Of a DNA stretch of 35,545 nt, positions 10,760 through 20,645 are shown one piece after another. The notes beneath the pieces were generated by a model. The model made no database searches, was not told the DNA's origin, and was given only the letters and a program-made list of their open reading frames with translations. Each line of letters opens with the position of its first letter. Positions within the stretch are counted from its first letter, which is position 1. The DNA is from a virus (Duplodnaviria; Caudoviricetes). A program made the translations under genes and the position numbers. The stretch is from positions 1 through 35,545 of the IMG/VR virus record IMGVR_UViG_3300008085_000924. One strand, 5' to 3'.

Positions 10760-12307
10760 TTATTTTTTATACCAAATCCATTTAGAATGACCACAATCCC
10801 AAACTCTATCGTACCCTTGATTTAATCTATTTTCCCATTCCGTTAAATCTGGATTGTCAAATTTAGTCTTTCTAAGATTAAACCTATAAATTCTAAATTT
10901 ATAATCATTAGTGTACCAATAATTAGGAAGAGTATTACCTATAAAATTAAAACCTAATTTTTCATATAAATCGCCAATCCCCCATCTTAAATCAGAATAT
11001 GAAACAACTATATCTGGATTAACATCTTTAATAAAATGAGAAAATAATTTTGATGCGCCACCCAATACTCTACCTTTAGAACAATATCTTGATAATTCAT
11101 AATCATAATTAGATTTTAATTGATTTTTAGCTCTAGTTGGTCGAGTAAAAGTCATTACTGCTATTAAAACATTTTCAATATATAGACCATACTTTAAAGA
11201 AGCTGCGGTATATCCATAAATATGGTGTTGATTGATAAAATCTTTAGCAATATTGCTAGATATTTCCTTAACGACACTCTTTCTAGCATAATATTTATTA
11301 CCAAATCCCAAAATAGAACTTAATCTATTTTTAACAATATCTAATTTATTAAGCCATTCATCTTCAAATATTTGAATTAAATTAATACCCTTTTCTAAAC
11401 ATTTATTTCTTTTAGTTAAGTGATAAAATTTGCCCTTACCATTTTTTTCAGAATGCCAATACAATCCATTATATTCAATACCAATATTATATTCTGGCAG
11501 TAAAAAGTCTATTTCAAAATTATTTGAAAGAATAGATTTATCACCTCTAATAATTTTAATTCCTAAAGAATTAATGTAATCATATAATTCATTTTCTGTT
11601 TTATAATTAAGAGTCGGATAGCATCCTCTACACATTCTTTGATGATGATATGATTTAATACTTCGGGTATGAATGGTATTACATTTGTTGCAAGACAACT
11701 CCACTAATCCATCATTATATGATAATGTTGAAAAATCCAACTCTTTAAAAATTTCTTTATATTTTTCAATTGTTCTTAAGGCTAATTTTTCATAATACCC
11801 ATTATTAACTTTAGTAATAATAGCTTTTTTTGCTCTTTCCTTTAATTCATCTGTATTTTTTCTAGCATAACTTATCATAGATTGACTAATTTTTTCCTTA
11901 GTTTCTTTGGGTAATTTTAATCCTACTTGGGGATGTGTATTCTGTTCATGCCATTTCCTATGACGTAAAATACCACTTTGACTTAATTTATCTTTTGTTT
12001 CTTTTGTTTGTGCTATTCCTTTATTCCAAGGAACAATAATTTGTTTAGATTTAGTGTCTTTAATTTTTTGTTTAATTGATTCTGAACGTGATACCCCTTT
12101 ACGCAATTCATTAGCTTTTTTACTTCTTTCGCTAAAAAATTCTAATATTTTCTTATCAAATAATTCACTATCGGGATATTTTTCTTTATATTGAAAAGTA
12201 GTTAAATTATGGGCAAATTTAAGATGACGATTAGTTATCTGTTTAAATTCTTTTTCACATTCTAAGCATTTTACCATAATTTTTCCTGGATAAATATAGT
12301 TATTCAA
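10760..12307 (-). mobile_element. Putative homing endonuclease, copy 2 (Zn-finger and NUMOD3-like N-terminus)
   Basis: CLEC...HLKFAH Zn finger; KETK.K(L/I)SQS NUMOD3-like repeats; EIDF..PEYNIGIEYNGLYWHSE...IFEDEW; shared C-terminal domain. Alternative start 12277. Confidence 0.7.
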
Positions 12308-12356
12308 CTAAATTATATTATAGTAAATATTTATGTTTTTCAAATTTAATTTATAA

Positions 12357-12409
12357 TTGACAGCAAAGTCATAAAATAATATAAATAAGGGGATTAAATC
12401 CCCTTATTT
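12357..12409 (+). promoter_or_regulatory. Overlapping sigma70-like and late promoter with a hairpin just upstream of endonuclease copy 3
   Basis: TTGACA (12357)-N17-TATAAA; TATAAATA at 12380-12387; 12-bp stem aaataaggggat-taa-atccccttattt (12383-12409). Confidence 0.5.
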
Positions 12410-12410
12410 T

Positions 12411-14057
12411 GTGAGTAAAATGAAAAATAAAATTTTAGAGGTATTATCAGAAACACCTCGCAAAGGTTGGTCTAGAAAAATAGCCAAAACATCGGATTTT
12501 ATTAGTTGGTTAAACCTAATATATCCAAATATACATATTTCAGAACAATTGATATTATTATACAATGATCAATCAAATCCTCCAAATTGCCCAGTGTGTT
12601 CTAATAGAATTAAATTAACAGGGGTAATATATAAAAATACTTGTTCTAGAATTTGTGCTGAACAATTAAAAAAACAAACAGGCCAAAAGGCCAAAGAAAT
12701 GGAAAAAGCTAAACAAACTAATATTAAAAAATATGGTGAAACTAGCCCAGCCAAAACAAGACAATTTCAGGAAAAACGATTAAAAACTATGATTAATAAG
12801 TATGGTGATGTAATTTCGCCAAAACATAAGGAAATCTTAGAATTATCTAAATCTAAAGCATATTTGACTAGAAAAAATAATTTGTTAGAAAATCATGGAG
12901 TAGAAAATATTAGTTCTTTAATTGAAACAAAAGAAAATAGAAAAAATACATACTTGATAAAATACGGGGTTGAACATTATCACCAGTCAAGCGAATATAA
13001 AGAAAAAATTAAAAATAGAAAAATAGATAAAATAGAAACTTTAAATTCCGATATAATCGTTATTTCTTTTGATAATATAACAAATTATAAAACGATGGGT
13101 ATTACATATACATGTAAAAAATGTTTAATTCAAGAAACTATTCCTATGGTTACGTTTAATTATAGATCTATTAATTTTAATACGCCTTGTTCTAATTGTG
13201 GTAATTTTAATAAACCTTGGTCTAATGGTGAAAAAGAATTATTATCCAACATACGAGAATTTTATAAAGGCGAAATAATTACTAATAAAAAAATAATACC
13301 GCCATATACTTTGGATATGTTCATTCCTGAATTTAATTTAGCAATAGAATATAATGGATTGTTTTGGCACTCTGAACGTGGTGGCGGCAAATCACCAAAT
13401 TATCATAAAATAAAAACTGATTTATGCAGAAGTAAGAATATAAGATTACTTCATATTTTTGAAAATGAATATAAAAATTCAAAAGAAATAATATTGGAAA
13501 AGATAAAAAATATTGTAGGTTTATCAGATAAAGGGGTTGGTGCTAGAAAAATAATTATTAAAGAGATTTCATCAATTGATGGTAATATATTTTTGAATAA
13601 ATTTCATATACAAGGCGGCGTTCCGGGAAGTAAATTTTTGGGTGGTTTTAATAATGATCAATTAATTTCAGTATTAGCATATAAAAAAGTATCAAATATC
13701 TTAGATATAACCAGATATGCTAATGATTTTAAAATATATCCTGGATTATTTTCAAAATTTTTAAGTTATATTAATAAAAGTATAGAATACGATAGAATTA
13801 TTACCTTTGCTGATTTGCGTTATAGTTATGGTAATTTATACCAAAAAACTGGTTTTGATATTGAATATGAAATTAATTCAGGGTATTATTATACCGATTA
13901 TATTAATTTTTATCATAAATTTAATTTTAGAAAAGAAAATATTAGAAAAAAATTTAATATTGATATTAGTAATAAAACTGAAAAAGAACTCATGGAAGAA
14001 TTGGGGTTTGATAGAATTTGGGATGCCGGCAAAATAAAATTTACAAAAATAAATTAA
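12411..14057 (+). mobile_element. Putative homing endonuclease, copy 3
   Basis: CPVC/TCSRIC Zn motif, KYG repeats, LDMFIPEFNLAIEYNGLFWHSE...IFENEY, shared C-terminal domain ending RIWDAGK. Start GTG 12411 or ATG 12420. Confidence 0.7.
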
Positions 14058-14062
14058 ACTTA

Positions 14063-14833
14063 CTACAATGGCCAATGATTAAAAAATGTTTTCTTATCAG
14101 TTTTTTTGGCATATTCTATGGCTCGTTCTAAATCTTCCGGAGTATTTACTTCTGGTGGTAATTGATCAGTTGTTAATGCACCTATTTGCAAATCGTTTTC
14201 TAAAAATCTAAGTTGTTCTAATTTTTCTAATTTCTCATAGCTACTTGGGTTAAGTTTGTGTATTTTTAATAATGTTTTAGTCTTGAACGAATAAATTCCA
14301 ACATGTTGCAATCCGTGTATGGCAGCTCTAACAAACCAATGTGCTCTGCCTATTTGGTAACTTATTAAATTATCCGTTACTACACATTTATCTTCAAAAG
14401 AAACAATGGCTTTTACAGTGTTTGGGTTGCGTATTTCTTCATCAGGCATATTATGAACAAGTGTACCAACATCATATCCTATATTTAACGGAAACAATAC
14501 TCTTCTAATATTTTCACCATCTATGAATGGTAAATCTCCTTGAAGGTTAATAACTCTTGTATAACTAAAATCATTTAATAAAGCAAATGCTTCAGCTACT
14601 CTGTCAGTTCCTGATTGGCAACTTTCGCTGGTTTTAATTGTGTTAATTTTATATCTTTTACAGTGAGCAATTATTTCGTCACTGTCACTAGTGACTATTA
14701 CGTCACCAATATTTGCCTCAATTGCTCGTTCATATACACGCCTTACTAGGGTTTTACCATTAATATCTGCTAGTGGTTTATTTGGCAAGCGAGTTGATGC
14801 ACCGCGCGCAGGTATAATAATAAGATTTTTCAT
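14063..14833 (-). CDS. kdsB: 3-deoxy-manno-octulosonate cytidylyltransferase (CMP-Kdo synthetase)
   Basis: IIIPARGASTRLPNKPL, SGTDR, INLQGD.P, HVGIY, EKLEQLR.LEN, VNTPEDLE are all KdsB hallmark motifs; AGGAG RBS on the minus strand. Confidence 0.93.
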   Translation of the reverse strand: MKNLIIIPARGASTRLPNKPLADINGKTLVRRVYERAIEANIGDVIVTSDSDEIIAHCKRYKINTIKTSESCQSGTDRVAEAFALLNDFSYTRVINLQGDLPFIDGENIRRVLFPLNIGYDVGTLVHNMPDEEIRNPNTVKAIVSFEDKCVVTDNLISYQIGRAHWFVRAAIHGLQHVGIYSFKTKTLLKIHKLNPSSYEKLEKLEQLRFLENDLQIGALTTDQLPPEVNTPEDLERAIEYAKKTDKKTFFNHWPL

Positions 14834-14994
14834 ATATTTCTCCTAATGTTAAAAATATTATAAAAACTTATTGACATGTTATCAATATTCATGTAGGATA
14901 TAAAAAGTTAGAAAATATCGCATTTGAACTATTATTTGCGGATATTAACTAAATACTTAATACAAAAAATGTTAAAAAGAATTGAAAAAACTTG

Positions 14995-15023
14995 TTGACA
15001 TTAGATCGAAGCTTTGTTAAGCT
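14995..15023 (+). promoter_or_regulatory. Sigma70-type promoter for the ncRNA-Ro60 unit
   Basis: TTGACA-N17-TAAGCT with TG at the extended -10 position; implied start near 15030, just before the first structured element. A second TTGACA-N17-TAGGAT lies at 14871-14899. Confidence 0.65.
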
Positions 15024-15034
15024 TAAAGAAGTTA

Positions 15035-15171
15035 AAGAGCCGCTGTTGTTGGGTTATCGTATAACACAGAAGAAGTTATGGTTCTGCGGAATGCATAACA
15101 CTTAGTAGAAAAGACGTAACACCACCGCAAACACTGACCAAATGGTCAAACCAACGGCGATATTTGCTCTT
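15035..15171 (+). ncRNA. Putative Y-RNA-like structured RNA 1
   Basis: 5' and 3' ends pair: aagagc/gctctt and cgctgttg/caacggcg. Internal hairpins gttatg..cataac and tgacc-aaat-ggtca. Contains GGTTATCGTAT; lies upstream of Ro60. Confidence 0.55.
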
Positions 15172-15252
15172 CAATCTGGCAGGAACACAGATTAATATGT
15201 TCCGGGTGGTTAACGGTACTCTACTGAGTTTATTAGAATAAAAATGCAACTT

Positions 15253-15310
15253 TAAGGTCGAATTAAAACGGTTATCGTATTGGAACAAAACATCGTTTTA
15301 AACAACCTTA
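15253..15310 (+). ncRNA. Putative Y-RNA-like element 2 (possible Ro-binding leader)
   Basis: taaggt/acctta and taaaacg/cgtttta stems flank an internal loop containing GTCGAA (bacterial Y RNA GNCGAA motif). GGTTATCGTAT is repeated from element 1. Confidence 0.6.
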
Positions 15311-15327
15311 TCTTAAAGGAGGCTATT

Positions 15328-16989
15328 ATGGCAAAAAGAATAACAACCCAGCACGAAGTAATCAAGGGTCGTGAGTCAGAAATGACTCAAAACTCCAATG
15401 GCGCTTTTGTATTCGCCATGGATGATTGGAAGCAGTTGGAACGCTTCTTAGTTCTCGGTACTGAAGGTGGTACATATTACATTAAAGAAGAAACACTTAC
15501 CAAGCAGAACGCGCTTGCTCTTCTTCGCTGCCTTGACGAGGATGGCAAAAGAGTAGTAAAGATGGTAGCGGATATTTCAATAAGCGGAAGAGCTTATAAG
15601 AATAATCCTGCTATTTTTGCTTTAGCCCTTGCTTCCGCGCACACCAATCTTGAAACACGTCAGGCAGCTTTTGATGCACTACCAAAAGTAGTTAGAACTG
15701 CAACTCATCTTTACACCTTTGCTCACTACATGCAATCATTTCGTGGTTGGGGTAAGGCTGCTCGTAAGGCTGTGGCAAAGTGGTACACTGAAAAGAGCGT
15801 AAAAGACTTAGCTTATCAAATGATTAAGTATCAGCAGCGTGATGGATGGACACACAAGGATATTATCCGTCTCGCGCACCCTGTTGCTAACTCGCCCGAA
15901 CAGGAAGCCCTATTCAGATGGGCGGTTGCTGGTCAAAACGGTTTGAGTGATACAGTGCGTAAGATCAAGAAGAATGGTGTGATGGTAACAGAAACACGTT
16001 CTGATCTTTCTGCAAACATTCACGCTCAAATTTCAGCTTTTGAAGAAATGAAAAAGCTGGGTGAACAGGACGTTAAGTCTGCGATCAAGTTGATTGAAGA
16101 ACATGATCTTCCCCGTGAAGCAGTATCAACACATTTCTTGAATGATGCAAGTGTATGGAACGCGCTTCTAAAGCGTATGCCAATGACCGCAGCTATTCGT
16201 AACCTTGGTACAATGTCAAAGAATAAAGTATTTGATATTGCAGAAGCTAAGAACAAAGTTCTTGAAATGCTAACCAACAAGGAACACTTAATGCGCTCTA
16301 GAGTGCATCCAATGCAAATCTTGATTGCTCTAAAAACATATGAGCAGGGTAAAGGTATGTTGGGCAAGAACACTTGGGCTGTTGACAGAGACATTCTTTC
16401 TGCTCTTGATGAAGCATTCTACAAGGCCTTTGTGAATGTTACACCAACCGGCAAGAGAATACTTTTGGCACTTGACGTTTCGGGTAGTATGACTGGGTTG
16501 GGAACAACTCCAATCCAGGGCTTGACTGCCCGTGAAGTTACCGCTGCTATGAGTTTGATTACTCTTTCGGTGGAGGAAAATGCAGAGGTTGTGGGCTTCC
16601 AGAACAGATTAGTTAAATTAAATATTTCATCTAAGATGAAACTTCCGGCTGTTATGAAGAAGATAGATAATCTTCCTTTTGGAAGCACCGATTGCGCTGC
16701 ACCTTTTTCTTGGGCTAAGGAAAACAAGAGAGAATTCGACGCATTCTGTGTTTACACTGATAACGAAACTGGTAGTGGAAGTTATTGGGGTAGATCTAGA
16801 GCAAGTGCTCAACCTGCTGAAGCATTAAAGTCTTACCGCAAATTAACTGGTATCCCTGCGAAAATGGCAGTTATTGCTACTGCCGCAAACAACTTCAGCA
16901 TTGCTGATCCCAAGGATTCAGGAATGATTGACGTTTGTGGATTTGATGGTACGATTCCTGCTATGTTGGGCGATTTTATTAGAGACTAA
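15328..16989 (+). CDS. rsr: Ro60/Rsr (TROVE + vWA domain) RNA-binding protein
   Basis: L.RFL.LGTEGGTYY, KYQQRDGWTHKD, RVHP, vWA MIDAS LALDVSGSM, TDC..P, YTDNET. Strong AAGGAGG RBS before ATG 15328. Confidence 0.95.
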   Translation: MAKRITTQHEVIKGRESEMTQNSNGAFVFAMDDWKQLERFLVLGTEGGTYYIKEETLTKQNALALLRCLDEDGKRVVKMVADISISGRAYKNNPAIFALALASAHTNLETRQAAFDALPKVVRTATHLYTFAHYMQSFRGWGKAARKAVAKWYTEKSVKDLAYQMIKYQQRDGWTHKDIIRLAHPVANSPEQEALFRWAVAGQNGLSDTVRKIKKNGVMVTETRSDLSANIHAQISAFEEMKKLGEQDVKSAIKLIEEHDLPREAVSTHFLNDASVWNALLKRMPMTAAIRNLGTMSKNKVFDIAEAKNKVLEMLTNKEHLMRSRVHPMQILIALKTYEQGKGMLGKNTWAVDRDILSALDEAFYKAFVNVTPTGKRILLALDVSGSMTGLGTTPIQGLTAREVTAAMSLITLSVEENAEVVGFQNRLVKLNISSKMKLPAVMKKIDNLPFGSTDCAAPFSWAKENKREFDAFCVYTDNETGSGSYWGRSRASAQPAEALKSYRKLTGIPAKMAVIATAANNFSIADPKDSGMIDVCGFDGTIPAMLGDFIRD

Positions 16990-17016
16990 TAACTTCTAAT
17001 TACTAGATATTAAATT

Positions 17017-17049
17017 AGAAAAAAGAGCGATTAAATCGCTCTTTTTTCT
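17017..17049. terminator. Bidirectional intrinsic terminator
   Basis: agaaaaaagagcgat-taa-atcgctcttttttct between convergent Ro60 and endonuclease copy 4. Confidence 0.88.
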
Positions 17050-17051
17050 TC

Positions 17052-18617
17052 TTAGAATGTGATACACCATTCTTTTTTACCGGCATCCCAAATTCTATCA
17101 AACCCCAATTCAATCATAGCAGATTTTTCGGTATGATTGGTTAAATCTAAACCAAATTTTTTTTCAATTAATTTTCGCCTAAAATTAAATCTATGGTACA
17201 CGTTTTGATAATCGGTGTAGTAGTAAGTAACGGGTAATTCTTTAGAAAATGTAAAACCATTTTTAAGGTATACATTGCCATTACTAATTCTATTATCTGA
17301 AAAACTTTTAATCCATTTTGGATTATATTTTATGGCGAAATGTTTTATCATTTTGCTGAATAACCCGGGGACAGGTTGATTAATGGAAAATCTAGTTAAT
17401 TCATACCCATCTTTTTTGGGTTGAAATGTCATTACACCCACTAATTCTAAATTATTCCAAGCACCTATTCTTATTCCTTGCTGTGGAGTTTTTCCTTGTA
17501 TATGATTTTGGTCTAAAAATTCATTCGCTAATTTGGGAGATATTTCTGATAGAGTAACTTTTCTAGCACCTATTTTGGATTTTTGTAATTTTAATTTATA
17601 TTTTAACATTTTCTCTATTACAGAAAAATTATCTCTGATTTCATTTTCCCAAAATTGAAGCAAGTTAATACCATTTTGTTCAGCAAGATTAAATTTGTTT
17701 TTATGATATTTTATATCTGGTTTTTGTTTTTCACTGTGCCAATATAGTCCATGTAATTCTATTCCTAACTTATAATCTGGCAAATAAAAATCTAACTCTA
17801 AAGGTGATATAATTTTTCTATTATTTTGCGAAAAAATAATATTATTTTCTTCTAAAAAGTCTTTGATGATGACTTCCGGATAACTCATTTTATTTAATGA
17901 TATTTCTAAATTTAATTCATGTTTATAGAAATGTGATAAAAATGAAGTTCTATCTAGATTCAAAAATTTAATGATTTTAGTAGTATTTTTATCATTATCT
18001 ATTATAATTTTTTTAAGTTTTTCTTTATTTTTTAAGATGTCTTCAATGTCCTTGCCCAAGGTAATATATTGTTGGTGAGTAACACCATATTTTTCAACTA
18101 AAGTATTTTTTCTTTTATTATTTGCTTCGACTGAGTTTTTACTTAATTGGTTTTCTGGTAATAATAAAATACACTCTACGCCATATTTTTCTTGAACTGT
18201 TTCTTTTTGTCTATTCTTTATTTCTGTATTTTTGGTTGGATTATCAACGCCATATTTTTCTAAATTGGTTTGACGGAACTTTTCTAATCTATTTTTCTTT
18301 TTTTCTTCAGAAAATTCTTTGTACTTTTCTAATCTATTATTTTTGGCAAATTCTATGTAACAAGAGCAAGATTTTGATACAGCACAAAATCTTTTATATC
18401 CTGCATTTTTGTCTATAAATTTTAATGGCTTATTTAATTCGCATTTTTGCCTAGCTAACGGATTACCGCCCAAGTATAATAATTCATTTATTGGTCTATT
18501 GCCGTATAATTCTATTAATTTGGGTAATAGCCATGGGTGTGACTTAACCGCTTTATTGTGTTTTTGCGGTATTAATTCTAAAATTTTATCACATTCTATT
18601 TTAATTTGTTCAATCAT
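17052..18617 (-). mobile_element. Putative homing endonuclease, copy 4
   Basis: EKYGV repeats, LELDFYLPDYKLGIELHGLYWHSE...FWENE, shared C-terminal domain ending ELGFDRIWDAGK. Confidence 0.7.
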
Positions 18618-18648
18618 ATTAAAATAATAGCATACTTTTTAGAAAAAC

Positions 18649-18656
18649 TATAAATA
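18649..18656 (+). promoter_or_regulatory. T4-type late promoter TATAAATA
   Basis: Exact consensus about 30 nt upstream of the tail tube start; another exact copy at 19451-19458 precedes the next gene. Confidence 0.6.
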
Positions 18657-18687
18657 TATTTAATATTAAATCCTTTAGGAGATCGTA

Positions 18688-19320
18688 ATGGCAGGATTAA
18701 AAACTTTATCTAAATTTGGTGTACCTATATTTTCCACCGGTGCTGCGGCAGGTAAAATCGGTATGTTGCAACCCAAGCCAGCGTATCGTTTTAGAGTACG
18801 TGTCTTAAACTTTGGTGATGAACAACAGTTAGAAGATTTATCAAGGCAGGTAGCGACCGCTTCTAGGCCCAAATTAGATCAAACACCTGTACCTGTTGAT
18901 AGTTATAACTCAAAAGCATATTATGCAGGTAAACACGAATGGCAACCGATTGAAGTCACTGTTCGTGATGATATCACTAACAGAGTAACAAGATTAGTTG
19001 GTCAGCAAGTTCAAAAACAACTAAATCATTTTGAACAAACCGGATTTGCTGCTGGCATAAATTATAAATTCAATATGTATATGGAAATGTTGGACGGCGG
19101 AAACGTCAAGGTATTAGAAGAATGGTTTTTAGAGGGCTGTTTTTTGAGCAATGTTGATTGGGGCTCACTTGATTATGGAAATAGTGACCCAACTATGATT
19201 ACGATGAGTATTCGTTATGATAACGCTCAATATGCTGGTGAAGATGGTGATGACAGAAGCGTATTCCCACTTATTCCGTTCAATAACGTACCAGGCAATA
19301 GCCCAGGAACAATTGGTTAA
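18688..19320 (+). CDS. Tail tube protein (T4 gp19-like)
   Basis: PK..YRFRV, YYAGKHEWQPIEVTVRDD, W.LEGCFLSNVDWG.LDY..S....ITMSIRYD; typical size. Confidence 0.88.
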   Translation: MAGLKTLSKFGVPIFSTGAAAGKIGMLQPKPAYRFRVRVLNFGDEQQLEDLSRQVATASRPKLDQTPVPVDSYNSKAYYAGKHEWQPIEVTVRDDITNRVTRLVGQQVQKQLNHFEQTGFAAGINYKFNMYMEMLDGGNVKVLEEWFLEGCFLSNVDWGSLDYGNSDPTMITMSIRYDNAQYAGEDGDDRSVFPLIPFNNVPGNSPGTIG

Positions 19321-19375
19321 TAACTTATTGATAACAATATATTTTTATTATTAATATTCTCAATTTTTATAGAAT

Positions 19376-19405
19376 AATTATGCCAGAGGAAACTTTGGCA
19401 TAATT
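19376..19405 (+). terminator. GAAA-tetraloop hairpin after the tube gene (terminator or stabiliser)
   Basis: aattatgccagag-gaaa-ctttggcataatt; no clear T-run. Confidence 0.5.
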
Positions 19406-19481
19406 CATGATAAACCAATCAATAATTAAATATGTATAATATTTCTAAAATATAAATATTAACATTAATAAAAGGATAACA

Positions 19482-20645
19482 ATGCCATTATTTAGTGACG
19501 TTTTAAGAACATTAACCAACGTATTGCCAACTACTGCCGCAGAACCTTCGACTATTTTTAGAGATTCTAGAACAGCGGCTAGAATGTGGGGTATGAAAGA
19601 TGCTAATTTGGATCGTCTACCAAGACCCAAATTCTTATTTACGGTTAACTTTAATAGGCCGATCGGGCAGGGCGGCGTAACTAGATATGGAGATTGGACG
19701 ACCGGTGTTAGTTTTTTAATTAAATCAGCCACTAGGCCAAATATTGCATTTAAAACAGAAACGCTTAATCAATATAATAAGAAAAGAGTTATTCAAACCG
19801 GAATAGAATACGAGCCCATTGAAGTTACGTTTTATGATACGTATGACCAAAGAGTAGTTCAAATGTTTAAAGAATATTGCCAATATTATTATGGTGATTT
19901 TTTTGGTACTAGAACTTCTTGGAATTATGATGTGATAGCTTCACGGTTTCAAACTGCGCAGGGTGATTTAGATTTTGGCTTTAATGCACCCAACACCAAC
20001 GGAAATAATGCTTATTTTTTTAGTGATATTGAATTTTATCAATTTGGCGCTGGCAGATTTAACAAATTTACTCTTATTAATCCCAAAATTCAAAGTTTTA
20101 ATTATGACGATGAAGATTATTCAGATAATACTTCCCCACAAATGATTAGAATAAGATTTGCGTATGAGGGTATTATTTTTGAAGCGGATAATCAACCAAT
20201 TAATCAATCGTTGGCAAGTGATTACGGGTTAGATTTAGGAGATTTTAATGATGTGTTTTTCCCTGGATTTGTTCAAAATCCTACATTAAACACAACATTA
20301 AAAACACAGGCTCAGGGACAAAACATAACCAACAACACGGTTAATGCCTTCGCTGATACCAGGCAACCTGTATATTCGGTTTCTCAGGAGAATAATAATC
20401 CAAGTTACACTAATGCAATAGGCAACGGTATCCAAGTAGCTTTTAGTAATAATCCCGAATTACGCGGCAATATTGAGTTAAATAATGCTGTTTCAAATAT
20501 TAATTTGGGTGTAAATACAATACAAACATTAGAACGCTCAAGTGCGACTGGTATGCCCGGTAAAATAGCAGGCAATGTTGTGCGAGGCATTGGACAAAAT
20601 ATACAGAATAGATTAATTAGCCGTATTAATGGAATTTTTAGATGA
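19482..20645 (+). CDS. Tube-fold baseplate/tail-tube initiator-like virion protein
   Basis: PKFLF.V.F, RP.I.F.TETLNQYNKKR.IQT.IEYEPI.VTFYD, I.F.YE resemble the gp19/gp54/gp48 tube fold; position directly after the tube gene. Confidence 0.6.
   Translation: MPLFSDVLRTLTNVLPTTAAEPSTIFRDSRTAARMWGMKDANLDRLPRPKFLFTVNFNRPIGQGGVTRYGDWTTGVSFLIKSATRPNIAFKTETLNQYNKKRVIQTGIEYEPIEVTFYDTYDQRVVQMFKEYCQYYYGDFFGTRTSWNYDVIASRFQTAQGDLDFGFNAPNTNGNNAYFFSDIEFYQFGAGRFNKFTLINPKIQSFNYDDEDYSDNTSPQMIRIRFAYEGIIFEADNQPINQSLASDYGLDLGDFNDVFFPGFVQNPTLNTTLKTQAQGQNITNNTVNAFADTRQPVYSVSQENNNPSYTNAIGNGIQVAFSNNPELRGNIELNNAVSNINLGVNTIQTLERSSATGMPGKIAGNVVRGIGQNIQNRLISRINGIFR

Noticed and set aside
15076-15288. 70-aa minus-strand ORF upstream of Ro60
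   Set aside because: No motif or RBS; the region is better explained as plus-strand structured RNA.
15035-15310. tRNA, hammerhead or twister ribozyme, or CRISPR mini-array
   Set aside because: No cloverleaf or T-loop and no complete ribozyme core; the shared motif is only 11 nt with irregular spacing.
15280-15327. TTG start of Ro60 given by the ORF track
   Set aside because: ATG 15328 has a strong AAGGAGG RBS, and the extension overlaps the structured RNA element.
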